Origin: an uncultured archaeon
GTDB taxonomy: Archaea > Thermoproteota > EX4484-205 > JAAOZP01
Assembly (NCBI GenBank): GCA_938045545.1
Contig: CALIBN010000002.1
Span: 90,675-154,674 of the forward strand
Length of the DNA: 64,000 nt
Direction: 5' to 3'
The notes beneath the pieces are model-generated. The model ran no database searches and was not told where the DNA came from. It was given only the letters and a program-made list of their open reading frames with translations. Of the stretch, positions 37,929 to 47,572 are shown piece by piece; the first letter of the stretch is position 1; every line of letters begins with the position of its first letter. The translations under genes were made by a program, and so were the position numbers.

Positions 37929-38942
37929 TTACTCTTTAAGCGCGTTTTTAGGAGCCTCGAAACGTAAAACAGTGAAGGAGGCATTAGTGACAATACCTGT
38001 TTTCGAGCCCTTGGAGAGAAACAGACGGGAAGCCCTGTACGCATCGAGAAGAGCGTCGTGAGCCCTGCAGTCTAAGACGGTTCTAAGGAGAGGCTCGGGG
38101 ATCGCTGAAACCACGTGAACAGTCTTCCCGTTTAACAGGTTTCTGCAGAAACTGATGTACTTCGCTATTAGAGGCGAATCCGGCTCGGCATTATCACTAA
38201 CCAAGTCTGGGGGTAAGCCTAGGCCTTTCAACCCTTCAATAGCAAGTATAATCCTGTCGCATTCCGCACCCTGCAGGCAATTCGGAATTATGCTCATCGC
38301 TCTGCTCAAAGACTCGTCGAAAGGGTTTCCGCCAGCCGATATCACGAGAACCTGGACGGGGGTTTGAGCCGACACCAAGCCAGGTTGAAGACTGTTTAAA
38401 GCCTCGTAGACCTCAACAGGGCTTCCTGAAACAACCTTGGGATCACCCGCCAGCGGAATAAGCGTAACGACTTTCAGGTCAAAATTTTCGCAAAGCCTGC
38501 TTAAATATGGTTTTAAATCTATTTTCCCACCGGACTTGGCTGCTTCGAGAAACCCTGATGTAAACTCCTTCCAAAGCTCAGGGTAAAACGGGAAAAGATT
38601 CTCGCCTAAACCCCTAAACCCGATTAAAGGATCCGGGTGTGGAAGGCTCGCAAGGCAGGCTGACCGCATGGAATCCTCTACGGTTGAAACAGGGCTTAAC
38701 AAGTCGAAGCTTAACAACTCTCTAAAGCCCCCTCCGATGCCCTGCTTTAAAACAGCGGGGAGCGTGGGGTCCACAAGTAGAGCAGCCCCATCCCTTACAG
38801 AGTCTTTCAGAATGTTCTTCAAAGATGAAAGCAGCATGGAGTAGTCGGAGACGAGTTCCCTGGACACGACCCAGGCTAAATCCTCAGGGTCAACCCTGAT
38901 GCTTATGCTTGTCGACCCGTATGGCAACCATACTGCGGGCAA
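37929..38942 (-). CDS. Hypothetical protein, distantly LarA-like (DUF2088)
   Basis: 337 aa. WLPYGSTSISIRV at the N-terminus, PHPDPLIGFRGLGENLFP, and ISAGGNPFDESLSRAM...ILAIEGLKGLG loosely parallel LarA-family segments. It is shorter than LarA, and I could not identify the catalytic residues. Confidence 0.3.
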   Translation of the reverse strand: MPAVWLPYGSTSISIRVDPEDLAWVVSRELVSDYSMLLSSLKNILKDSVRDGAALLVDPTLPAVLKQGIGGGFRELLSFDLLSPVSTVEDSMRSACLASLPHPDPLIGFRGLGENLFPFYPELWKEFTSGFLEAAKSGGKIDLKPYLSRLCENFDLKVVTLIPLAGDPKVVSGSPVEVYEALNSLQPGLVSAQTPVQVLVISAGGNPFDESLSRAMSIIPNCLQGAECDRIILAIEGLKGLGLPPDLVSDNAEPDSPLIAKYISFCRNLLNGKTVHVVSAIPEPLLRTVLDCRAHDALLDAYRASRLFLSKGSKTGIVTNASFTVLRFEAPKNALKE

Positions 38943-39070
38943 CCCTGCTCACCCCCAGGCTTGGAGGCGGATAATGCATGCTTTTTAATAACTGTTTATG
39001 TTGAAAAACAGTGTTAAGACACTTTGTCAAACATTTTCGACTTCTCTTGGAAAAAGTTAAATAGGATTAG

Positions 39071-39523
39071 TTGGATAATAAAGGGCGTATGTTCAGCTGG
39101 GAGTCGGACTTTGAAGAAGCGGTGAAGACAGTAAATATTTACCGTAAAAAACTTCAAACTTTGAAAACAATGAGGGAAACAGGGAAAATATCTGATAAAA
39201 CAGCCGATTTCCTGCAGAAAGAGTTTGAAAACTATGTGAAGGCGATTGAGGCTAAGAAGCAGACGGTTTTGGAGAAGCTTGAGAACAGGATGAAGGAGGT
39301 TCAGCAGCAGATAGATGTTATTGAGAAGCTGATAGCTAACAACGAGATCAGGTACTCAGCGCAGGAGATTGCTGAGGAAAGATATAACAAGATAGCTACT
39401 GCGCTGAACTACGCCATGGAGGAGAGCAGGAACGAGTATGAAAGCCTGAAGGAAGCGATGGCGATACTTGAGAAGCTGCCCGACCTTATGAGTCAAAGCG
39501 AAAGCGAGCCCTTGGAAACCTAG
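39071..39523 (+). CDS. Hypothetical coiled-coil protein
   Basis: 150 aa, almost entirely heptad-like Glu/Lys-rich helices. TTG at 39071 or ATG at 39089. Confidence 0.4.
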   Translation: MDNKGRMFSWESDFEEAVKTVNIYRKKLQTLKTMRETGKISDKTADFLQKEFENYVKAIEAKKQTVLEKLENRMKEVQQQIDVIEKLIANNEIRYSAQEIAEERYNKIATALNYAMEESRNEYESLKEAMAILEKLPDLMSQSESEPLET

Positions 39524-39852
39524 GCAACTGCCCCGGATTCCTTGGATACTTTTTCAAGCCTTATTCCCCTGTCGAACACTAATTCGTATATTTGGTTTAT
39601 CTGAGGGCTTCCAAGAGCCCTGTACTCGCTCTCTGTGAGATAGATGATCAGCCTGGGGCTTCCATGCCTCGGCATGAGCCCAGCTTGTTGGAGACTGCTT
39701 AAAACGCCCCTAACCATCTCCTGCGCGTACAGAACATCCTCTGAAGACTTATCGAAAACGCCCGAAGGGGCTATCGATGTGAAGTCCACTCTTACACCCG
39801 GCTCGCCCTCAACCTCAACGCTGCCTATGAAAGTTACTTTAACCCTAACCAT
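39520..39852 (-). CDS. Hypothetical small protein
   Basis: 110-aa ORF that exactly fills the gap and overlaps the convergent neighbour by 4 nt. No motif recognised. Confidence 0.35.
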   Translation of the reverse strand: MVRVKVTFIGSVEVEGEPGVRVDFTSIAPSGVFDKSSEDVLYAQEMVRGVLSSLQQAGLMPRHGSPRLIIYLTESEYRALGSPQINQIYELVFDRGIRLEKVSKESGAVA

Positions 39853-39960
39853 CGTCTAAACATCTCCAAACCGCCTAATAAAGTTATTCTGAATTAGTGG
39901 TCAAGCATTTCCCATTTGGCAAAACGTTTTTAAGCACAATGGTGTGAGCAAGCCTTCCGA

Positions 39961-41280
39961 ATGCGAATGATTAGCGAAAAAGATTTTGAGAGAAACGAAG
40001 AGTACAGGAAGAGGGCTGTTGACATTCTCCTCAAACTCAGCAAGCAGAAGCACGACCCGTCTGCTTGGAGGATGCTGAAGGAAATACTCTACCCCCCCAG
40101 AAAGCTAGACGTCGATGTGATTATAGATGATACTACTCTTAGAGAGGGTCTTCAAATGGCTGGCTTGACAACACCGGCACCTGAGGATCTAGCTGAGATA
40201 GGTAGGCTGCTACACGAGATAGGCGTTGAGAGGATAGAGGTCATGACATACACTCCGACCGATAGGGATGCGATCAGGATGATGATTGACAATGGACTCG
40301 GAGGGATTCTCGCAGGATGGAGTAGGGCAGACAAGCATGATGTGGACGAGATTCTCAAGCTGGATTTAAAACAGATAGGGATAAGCCACCCCGTTTCATA
40401 TTATCATTTCGCCAAATGGCCCGGCGAGCATGTCTACAATCTCGTCAGCAGGGTTGTCGAGACTGTCGAGTACGCGGTAGACCATGGGTTAAAGGTTTTC
40501 GTACACGGAGAGGATAGCACGAGGGCAGACTGGGATTTCGAGAGGAAGTTTGTAAACGCTGTTGCAGAGGCGGGTGCAGAGGTTTACAGAATATGCGACA
40601 CTGTGGGCGTAGGGTGCTCCCTCCCAGACCATTCTCTTCCAAACGGGATACCTGAGAAGATCAGGTCTCTGAAGAAGGAAACTAAAATTAAGAGTCTAGA
40701 GATTCATGCTCACGACGACCTAGGAAACGCTGTGGAGAACACTATGGCCGCTATAAGGGCAGCCTCAGGACTCTATGAAAAGTTTTACGTTAGCACGACA
40801 TTCCTAGGTATAGGGGAGAGGTCTGGAAATGCCGAGACTGAGAAAATAATACTAAACCTGTATATTCACCACGGTTTTTACAAGTGGAACCTGTCCCTTT
40901 TGAGGGAAACGGCGAACTTCATAGCTACAGCGCTAAACTACCATCTTCCGACGAACAAGGCGATAGTTGGAGACTCAGCGTTCGCCCACGAGTCAGGCAT
41001 CCACCTGCAGGGAATAAGGATCGCGCCCGCGATATACGAGGTCTTCCCGCCGGAGCTAGTGGGGCAGACGAGGAAGATCATAATCGGGAGGAGAACCGGG
41101 AAGCACGGAATAGTTTTAAAGCTCAGGGAAATCATTAACCAGGATGTTGACGAAAACGATCCGAGGCTTAAGAAGCTGGTGGAGCTTGTGAGAAGCAGCC
41201 TTCTCCAGGTTGACAGAAAATACTATTTAACTGAAGAAGAGTTTAAAAAGCTCGCGGGTGAAGCAGGCTTCAGCGTTTAG
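39961..41280 (+). CDS. HMGL-type 2-oxoacid:acetyl-CoA condensing enzyme (homocitrate / isopropylmalate / citramalate synthase family)
   Basis: 439 aa. DDTTLREGLQ and EIHAHDDLGNAVEN motifs. ~55-aa N-terminal extension. No LeuA-dimer regulatory domain. Confidence 0.8.
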   Translation: MRMISEKDFERNEEYRKRAVDILLKLSKQKHDPSAWRMLKEILYPPRKLDVDVIIDDTTLREGLQMAGLTTPAPEDLAEIGRLLHEIGVERIEVMTYTPTDRDAIRMMIDNGLGGILAGWSRADKHDVDEILKLDLKQIGISHPVSYYHFAKWPGEHVYNLVSRVVETVEYAVDHGLKVFVHGEDSTRADWDFERKFVNAVAEAGAEVYRICDTVGVGCSLPDHSLPNGIPEKIRSLKKETKIKSLEIHAHDDLGNAVENTMAAIRAASGLYEKFYVSTTFLGIGERSGNAETEKIILNLYIHHGFYKWNLSLLRETANFIATALNYHLPTNKAIVGDSAFAHESGIHLQGIRIAPAIYEVFPPELVGQTRKIIIGRRTGKHGIVLKLREIINQDVDENDPRLKKLVELVRSSLLQVDRKYYLTEEEFKKLAGEAGFSV

Positions 41281-42937
41281 AGTATTTCTCTAGGAAATGG
41301 GTTAAATCTATCTCGAACCCAGCTGCAGGATTCTCTAAACCGTTCAACTCCAGCACCTCAGGATGAACCTCGCCAACAACCCCCAGCAGGCTACTGTTTA
41401 AAACGATTTTCGCAACCCTGCCTGGCGTGAACAAGGGATCCTCGCTTTTCTCGAACAAGGCTTTCTCAACACACAGGTTGTTCAGCAGGCTCATGACGAC
41501 GGACTTAGCCTCTGAAAACGAGGCTGAGGAGTGTGCCGACACTCCTGCCAACGAGACCCGTGTAACCACAGACCCTTCTTCAGAGACCCTTATAACTGGG
41601 CCTGTTTCAAAAATCCTCTGAGGATACTTCTCATGCTTGTTGGAAGAGAGATTCCTTATCAAGCCCGGGAGGAGGGAGTCCCTGAGCATTGTGAGCTCAA
41701 CGCTGGAGGAGTTCGCCAGCCTAGCCCTCTCGGAAACAGGCCTCCTAACCATGCGGTAGTTCTGATCCTCGTTGGTAATCAGAAAGTTGAAAACCTCAGT
41801 ATAGCCCAGCCCTATCATGATTAGCCTAGCCTTGTCCTGAACCATCGTCTCAGGATGCTTCAAGCCTATAGTGGAAGCCCCAGGGTAAGTCGGGGTCAGC
41901 CTCCAAAGCCCGTACCCTATGGCGACCTCTTCAACAAGGTCGACGTTATGCATTATGTCAACCCTGTAGGGTGGAATCCCCACTTTGAACACGCTTCCGT
42001 CGTTAACCACTGAGAATCTGCATTTCAAGAAGCTTCGGTAGATCTCAGCGTTACTAAGGTTCTCCCCGAGTAGAGAATTAATATAGCTCGCTTCAACACT
42101 CATAGTCTTAGGCGTGAAATCCGGAAAAGTTTTCTCAGAGCCGTCGTCATAGATTATCTTCACTGCCTCGATGCTCCCGCCCATGTCTTTAAACACGTAT
42201 AGAAGTATGTTCAGGGCCCTTGAAGCATAATACTCATCTAAGGCAGTTACGTCTATGAAGAGGTTTCTAGTCTCAGGGGTTAACCGGGTCAGTTCAGAGT
42301 TTATTATTGGCGGGAAGGATAAGACTTCCCCGGTGGAATCAACTATCACAGGATACTTGTCAAACCCCTTGATAATATGGCCATACTCCAAACCTTTGTC
42401 AACCTCTTTCAAAACCTCGCCCAAAGTCATCCTCCTTTCCGTTCCAAGCGGCTTGAACGAAACCGCGTCTGGGTCTGCAGCCATATAATAGACCGGAGGC
42501 CTAATCTTATCCAAGTCATGTATCCCGATTGAGACCTTACGCCTATTCCTGCCAACACCCTGGTGCAGGACCTCTTGAACATTAATCACCTCCTTCAAAT
42601 CCTCCTCGGCTAGTTCAATATTCCTCACGACCGCGGAGCATAGGACACCCCTGATCCCTCTGAGCCTGCTGTCAAAGTGAAAACTTATCGTGGGACTTGA
42701 GAAAAAGGCTTCCGGATAGCCAAGCCCGATTTCAAGGAAGCCGGCGTACGCCCTAGCTATGCCTGCGTGGCTCGAGAAATCCGGCCTGTTCGGATTATAC
42801 TCTATTTTAACGAACCCTTCGCCAACATCCTCAATATCCGTCGCGAGCCACGGCAGGTCTTCGACTAGCTGCTTCAACTCAACGTCAATCCCCAGGAACC
42901 TGCTTAGCCTCTCAGGATAAACCTCTATCACGGGCAT
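41270..42937 (-). CDS. pheT: Phenylalanine--tRNA ligase beta subunit (archaeal type)
   Basis: 555 aa, 10-nt overlap with pheS. B3/4- and B5-like regions and a class-II-like C-terminal fold. Size and context are typical of archaeal PheT. Confidence 0.9.
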   Translation of the reverse strand: MPVIEVYPERLSRFLGIDVELKQLVEDLPWLATDIEDVGEGFVKIEYNPNRPDFSSHAGIARAYAGFLEIGLGYPEAFFSSPTISFHFDSRLRGIRGVLCSAVVRNIELAEEDLKEVINVQEVLHQGVGRNRRKVSIGIHDLDKIRPPVYYMAADPDAVSFKPLGTERRMTLGEVLKEVDKGLEYGHIIKGFDKYPVIVDSTGEVLSFPPIINSELTRLTPETRNLFIDVTALDEYYASRALNILLYVFKDMGGSIEAVKIIYDDGSEKTFPDFTPKTMSVEASYINSLLGENLSNAEIYRSFLKCRFSVVNDGSVFKVGIPPYRVDIMHNVDLVEEVAIGYGLWRLTPTYPGASTIGLKHPETMVQDKARLIMIGLGYTEVFNFLITNEDQNYRMVRRPVSERARLANSSSVELTMLRDSLLPGLIRNLSSNKHEKYPQRIFETGPVIRVSEEGSVVTRVSLAGVSAHSSASFSEAKSVVMSLLNNLCVEKALFEKSEDPLFTPGRVAKIVLNSSLLGVVGEVHPEVLELNGLENPAAGFEIDLTHFLEKYSKR

Positions 42938-44412
42938 AGCTTAACCCTCCTAAGCCAGCCTAAATCGTTCTGATACAGGACGCGGATGTCAGTAACGCCC
43001 AGTTTGAGCATCAGTAAACGCTCCAACCCACCACCCCAGGCAAGAACAGGATGGTCAATTCCCAGAGGCTTGGTAACCTCAGGTCTGAAAACACCCATGC
43101 CACAGAGCTCAAGCCACCTGCCAGCCTGGGGAACGTAGACAACGGAATTCATAGAGGGCTCCGTATACGGGAAGTAGGAGGGCCAGAACTGAACTTTCTC
43201 CAACCCGAGTTTCTTATAGAATTCCGTCAAGACCCCTTTAAGATCCCTAAGCGTCACACGCCTATCCATTATTATGCCCTCTATCTGGTGGAACTCTGCA
43301 AGGCTTTTAAAGGAAACCCTCTCGTTTCTGAAAACTCTGTCAACGCTGAAAACCTTCACAGGCGGATCACGATGCTCATACAGGTATCTTACGGAGACGC
43401 ATGTAGTATGTGTTCTTAACACAAGCCTCTTCGCAGCCTCTTCAGACCATTCCCCACCCCAGCCGGTTGAACCCGTCTCCCAACCATCCTCGTGCGTCCT
43501 CCTCACTCTTTCAACAAGCTGCCTGTCTCCCAGCTCCGTGGAAGAAGGGTGTGAAAGATAGAAAGTATCCTGCATTTCCCTAGCAGGATGATCCTGAGGA
43601 GTGAAGAGAACGTCGAAGTTCCAGAAGCACGATTCGACAAGCGGGCCCTTTGCCTCTGTGAAACCCATCGCTGTAAAGATTTCCTTAACCTCTTTGATGA
43701 ATTCTGTCAACGGGTGTAGTCTTCCAGGGTATACTGGCTCAACATCGGCGGTGACATCGTAGGGTTTAAGCTCAACGTTTCTCCACTCCCCGGTTCTCAG
43801 CAGCTCGGGAGTCAACTGGGTTACTGCAACCTTAAGCTCGACAAGCCTGCCGGCTTCAGTCAGAGAGACCAGTCTTTCAACCTTCTCCTCAACCCTGACT
43901 ATCCCCCTGCCCGATAAGAGTTTAACAGCCTCCGTGTTCAGCAGGCTTATGTCCAATGGGCCTGACGCCAGCGTTCTGACAACTGCTTCGTCAACCCCTT
44001 CAGGAGGCTCTTTTTCCACGACTATGTACGGAACACCGTTTACAGCCCTAATTGAGCCCCAGCCTTTTCTACGCAGCCAGCCGAGCGCTATCGTGAAAAA
44101 GGACCCGTCAGGATAAGCCTTGCGAGCCTCCTCCAGAGGCATTAGGCCTCCATTACCCAACACTAGTTTCACAAGCCTTCTCTCGGGAAGACCGTTTCTA
44201 GAATGGTATTCCCCCTCCCCGGTTAGCTTAGCAAACTTGGTCTCTCTAGTTGAAACGCTTATTAAGCCTTTCTGGGAGAGAGAGGAAACAGCGCTCGCTG
44301 CCGACGACTCATTCAAACCCGTGAGCAGGCAGAGTTCGCTGAAGCCCATGGCTCTGCCGGTTCTCCTGAGAGCCTCCACAATATCTTTCTCAATCCTAGA
44401 TTCCAAGCTCAC
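42928..44412 (-). CDS. pheS: Phenylalanine--tRNA ligase alpha subunit
   Basis: 494 aa. N-terminal winged-helix repeats and class II motifs (FRNERVSFKSLAEFHQIEG, GGGLERLLML). Confidence 0.95.
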   Translation of the reverse strand: MSLESRIEKDIVEALRRTGRAMGFSELCLLTGLNESSAASAVSSLSQKGLISVSTRETKFAKLTGEGEYHSRNGLPERRLVKLVLGNGGLMPLEEARKAYPDGSFFTIALGWLRRKGWGSIRAVNGVPYIVVEKEPPEGVDEAVVRTLASGPLDISLLNTEAVKLLSGRGIVRVEEKVERLVSLTEAGRLVELKVAVTQLTPELLRTGEWRNVELKPYDVTADVEPVYPGRLHPLTEFIKEVKEIFTAMGFTEAKGPLVESCFWNFDVLFTPQDHPAREMQDTFYLSHPSSTELGDRQLVERVRRTHEDGWETGSTGWGGEWSEEAAKRLVLRTHTTCVSVRYLYEHRDPPVKVFSVDRVFRNERVSFKSLAEFHQIEGIIMDRRVTLRDLKGVLTEFYKKLGLEKVQFWPSYFPYTEPSMNSVVYVPQAGRWLELCGMGVFRPEVTKPLGIDHPVLAWGGGLERLLMLKLGVTDIRVLYQNDLGWLRRVKLCP

Positions 44413-44488
44413 TCTCCTACACCTGTTGTTTAACGGGCGTGCAGGCGGTTTTTAAATTTGAAACCTTAATAATTCCCTTGGGAAAAAC

Positions 44489-46285
44489 ATGTTGATGAAG
44501 CCAGGATTTAAGCCTCCTGAGATCGTTGAGAAACTGGTTTCAGCAGCGCTTGGAAGGAGTAGGGCGAGCCTCGTCATCAGGAGAGGGGCTTTGGTGAACG
44601 TTTTCACGAGAGAGGTTGTTGAAAACACGGATATCGCCGTGGTTGACGACAGGATAGTGCTGGTAGGGAACGCGGAGCACACGATCGGGCCTGAGACGAA
44701 GATTATCGACGCTTACGGAAAATACTTGGCACCGGGATTCCTAGACGGGCATGTACACGTTGAGAGCTCTATGCTCACAGTGACCCAGTTTGCAAAAGCT
44801 GTCCTACCCCATGGGACGACAACGGTCTTCATAGATCCTCATGAGGTTGCAAACGTGCTTGGAATAAAGGGGGTTAGAATGATGCATGACGAGGGACTAG
44901 GATTGCCTTTGAAAGTATACGTTTCAATCCCAAGCTGTGTGCCGGCGACAAGCCCAGAGTTTGAAACCGCTGGAGCCGAAATAGGTTTGAAGGAGATTGA
45001 GGAGGCATTTTCATGGAGGAACACCGTTGCGCTTGGCGAGGTTATGAATTACCCTGGAGTATTATCTTTAGACCCTAAGATTATAGGCGAGGTTAAGGTG
45101 GCTTTGAAAAGCAGCAGGATTGTTGAAGGACATTTCTTCGGAAACCTTAACGAGGAGCTTAACGCTTACGTTGCAGCAGGAATATCCTCCGACCATGAGT
45201 CCGTGACGATGGAGGCTGGGCTTGCTAAACTAAGGCTAGGAATGCACGTAATGGTCAGGGAAGCATCCGCCTGGAGGGACCTGAAGGAGGTTATAAGAAT
45301 GGTTACGGAGAGGAAGGTTGACGCGAGGAGGATCTGCCTGGTTAGCGACGACAGGGAGCCCAGCGACCTTTTAAACGAGGGGCATATCGACCATATTGTT
45401 AGAAGAGCGATCGAAGAAGGCGTAGACCCTGTTACCAGTATTCAAATGGCCACGTTGAACACTGCTGAACACTTTAAAGTCGACAGCGAGATAGGTGCCT
45501 TAGCCCCCGGGATGGTCGCAGACATACTGATCCTTAGCGATTTGAACAGGGTTCGCGTCGACACGGTGATAGCCAACGGCAGGGTTGTCGCGAAGAACAG
45601 CAGGCTGGTGGCGGAGATACCGGAATACCGGTATCCTGAAGAGGCTAGGAAAACAGTCAGGCTCGGCAGAAGGCTCTGCGGAAACGATTTTAAGATAAGG
45701 GTTGAAGCCAGTAAGGAGTTTTTCAAAGTCAGGGTTATCAAAGTTGTCGAGGCCAAGACTATTACTAGAAGCATGGTTACAGACTTGAGGCAGAGAAACG
45801 GTTTCCTAGAGGCGGATCCAGCCCAGGATATTGCCAAGGTCGCTGTTGTTGAAAGGCACAGGGCTTCAGGCAACATGGGGATAGGCTTCGTCAAGGGCTT
45901 CGGCTTTAAGAATGGCGCCGTAGCGTCTACAGTAGCCCATGACAGTCACAACATGCTTATAGTAGGGATGAATGATGGCGACATGGCTCTTGCAGGAAAC
46001 ACGCTGGCGGAGACAGGGGGAGGAATGATAGCCGTTGAAAAAAGCCAGATACTGGCTCTAGTGGAGCTTCCCGTAGCGGGCTTAATGTCGGATAGGCCTG
46101 TTCAAGAGGTTGCGGCGAAAGTTGAAAAGCTTTCAGAGGCTTGGAGGAGGCTGGGCTGCGTGATGACCCATCCATTCATGACGATGTCCCTGCTGGCCCT
46201 TCCAGTCCTTCCCGAACTCAGGATAACCGATAAAGGGCTTATCGATACGGTTAATTTTAAGAGAACAAGCCTTATAGTGGAATAA
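44489..46285 (+). CDS. ade: Adenine deaminase
   Basis: 598 aa. Amidohydrolase motif GFLDGHVHVESS, SDHES, and a C-terminal Ade-specific domain (VAHDSHNMLIVG). Confidence 0.9.
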   Translation: MLMKPGFKPPEIVEKLVSAALGRSRASLVIRRGALVNVFTREVVENTDIAVVDDRIVLVGNAEHTIGPETKIIDAYGKYLAPGFLDGHVHVESSMLTVTQFAKAVLPHGTTTVFIDPHEVANVLGIKGVRMMHDEGLGLPLKVYVSIPSCVPATSPEFETAGAEIGLKEIEEAFSWRNTVALGEVMNYPGVLSLDPKIIGEVKVALKSSRIVEGHFFGNLNEELNAYVAAGISSDHESVTMEAGLAKLRLGMHVMVREASAWRDLKEVIRMVTERKVDARRICLVSDDREPSDLLNEGHIDHIVRRAIEEGVDPVTSIQMATLNTAEHFKVDSEIGALAPGMVADILILSDLNRVRVDTVIANGRVVAKNSRLVAEIPEYRYPEEARKTVRLGRRLCGNDFKIRVEASKEFFKVRVIKVVEAKTITRSMVTDLRQRNGFLEADPAQDIAKVAVVERHRASGNMGIGFVKGFGFKNGAVASTVAHDSHNMLIVGMNDGDMALAGNTLAETGGGMIAVEKSQILALVELPVAGLMSDRPVQEVAAKVEKLSEAWRRLGCVMTHPFMTMSLLALPVLPELRITDKGLIDTVNFKRTSLIVE

Positions 46286-46358
46286 CCATGTTTCCCGTCA
46301 TTCTCGGCATACAGTAGCCTTAATAAACCCCTTAAAACGCTTGTCAAAACGTTAAACG

Positions 46359-47405
46359 TTGAGTAAGCTGACACTAGCCTGGCTCATGCCTGTTTCCCGC
46401 AGAATCGATGCCTTCATAAGCAGGGAGATAACGAAATTCTACGATGATGCTTCTGAAAAGGGATTGATAGACGGTGAGGAGGCTGAGGCTCAGCTTGAGA
46501 AAGCACTTTCTCATAAGACGGATTTTGTAACAGCGCTCAAGATAAGTGTGCCAGTCAACTGGAGAAGCAGCGTTTCATACAGGCTTTGGAGGAGCGAGGG
46601 CAGTGCTTCCGGCTTTACAACGATGCTGAAAACCATGAGGGACAGGAGGATGTACGATTTAGCAACAACCTTCGCAATAGCCTTGAAGTCTGGAGACATT
46701 AGGGACGAGGCTTTCGACGAGAAAGAATTCGTGAAGCCCGAGGAGTACGAGTTTAAAATAAGGATTGCTGATAATCTTGAGAGCCTGGTCAACAAGAGGG
46801 TTAGAGAAATACACAGAGAAGGGTTTGCCGAAAGATATTTTAAAGGAAGGGAAGAGGTTTTCAACTATGAGTTTAAAGACCTGAAGTACGCTGAGCTTTT
46901 CAGAAAAGGGGAATACGATAAAATACTTTCTCTCTACGAGGATTTGAAGGAAACCTGGCACGGTAAGACGGCTGGGATAGGAGAGAGAGTGGTTTCACTT
47001 ACTCTTTTTGAGGCAGGCATGCTTGACGAGGAGCCTGATGCCTGTGAAGCTATAGTGAAGTACCAGTGGGCAATCACCAACATCTGGATGTGGAGCGACG
47101 AGATGAAAGACCTTTTCACCAACCTTAAGGAGAGCAGTATTAACATGCTTATCGTGGAATGCTTGAAGAACGGGCTTAGAAGAGTTGATGAGCAGTCGGT
47201 TAAGGATTTCATCGCAAGGAACCCTAGCATCCTAGATGAGCCGGTTAAGGAGTATTTCCAGCTTGCGAGAAGCATTAAAGACAAGATGAGAAGATATCCG
47301 TGGATAAACATGATGGATTACTCGGAAGGGGCTAAGATAGTTTTCAAAAAGTTTGAAGAAAGGAAAAGAAGCCTGCTGAAAGCAATCGGCGTCGGAAAAA
47401 CGTAG
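46359..47405 (+). CDS. Hypothetical all-helical protein, no recognised family
   Basis: 348-aa ORF (TTG 46359 or ATG 46386). Charged and helix-rich, with no TM and no catalytic motif recognised. Confidence 0.5.
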   Translation: MSKLTLAWLMPVSRRIDAFISREITKFYDDASEKGLIDGEEAEAQLEKALSHKTDFVTALKISVPVNWRSSVSYRLWRSEGSASGFTTMLKTMRDRRMYDLATTFAIALKSGDIRDEAFDEKEFVKPEEYEFKIRIADNLESLVNKRVREIHREGFAERYFKGREEVFNYEFKDLKYAELFRKGEYDKILSLYEDLKETWHGKTAGIGERVVSLTLFEAGMLDEEPDACEAIVKYQWAITNIWMWSDEMKDLFTNLKESSINMLIVECLKNGLRRVDEQSVKDFIARNPSILDEPVKEYFQLARSIKDKMRRYPWINMMDYSEGAKIVFKKFEERKRSLLKAIGVGKT

Positions 47406-47572
47406 CGGGCTTACCGAAGCCGCCCAGCTTTCTTTAAACCTTCCGATACCAGAGGCTCCGCCTTACGATGCCCGCGATACGAGGCTTAGCCGTCTGAAAG
47501 TAGCGTTATCTTCCGGCAAACTGTTTATAAACAGTGGCGAGCAATCTATGAAGGCTAGAGGTTTAGAGCAGC

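Noticed and set aside
46359-47405. Idea that the 348-aa helical protein is a terpene/prenyl synthase
   Set aside because: No DDxxD motif and no proper NSE/DTE motif. WMWSDEMKD and NLKESSIN do not fit the spacing rules.
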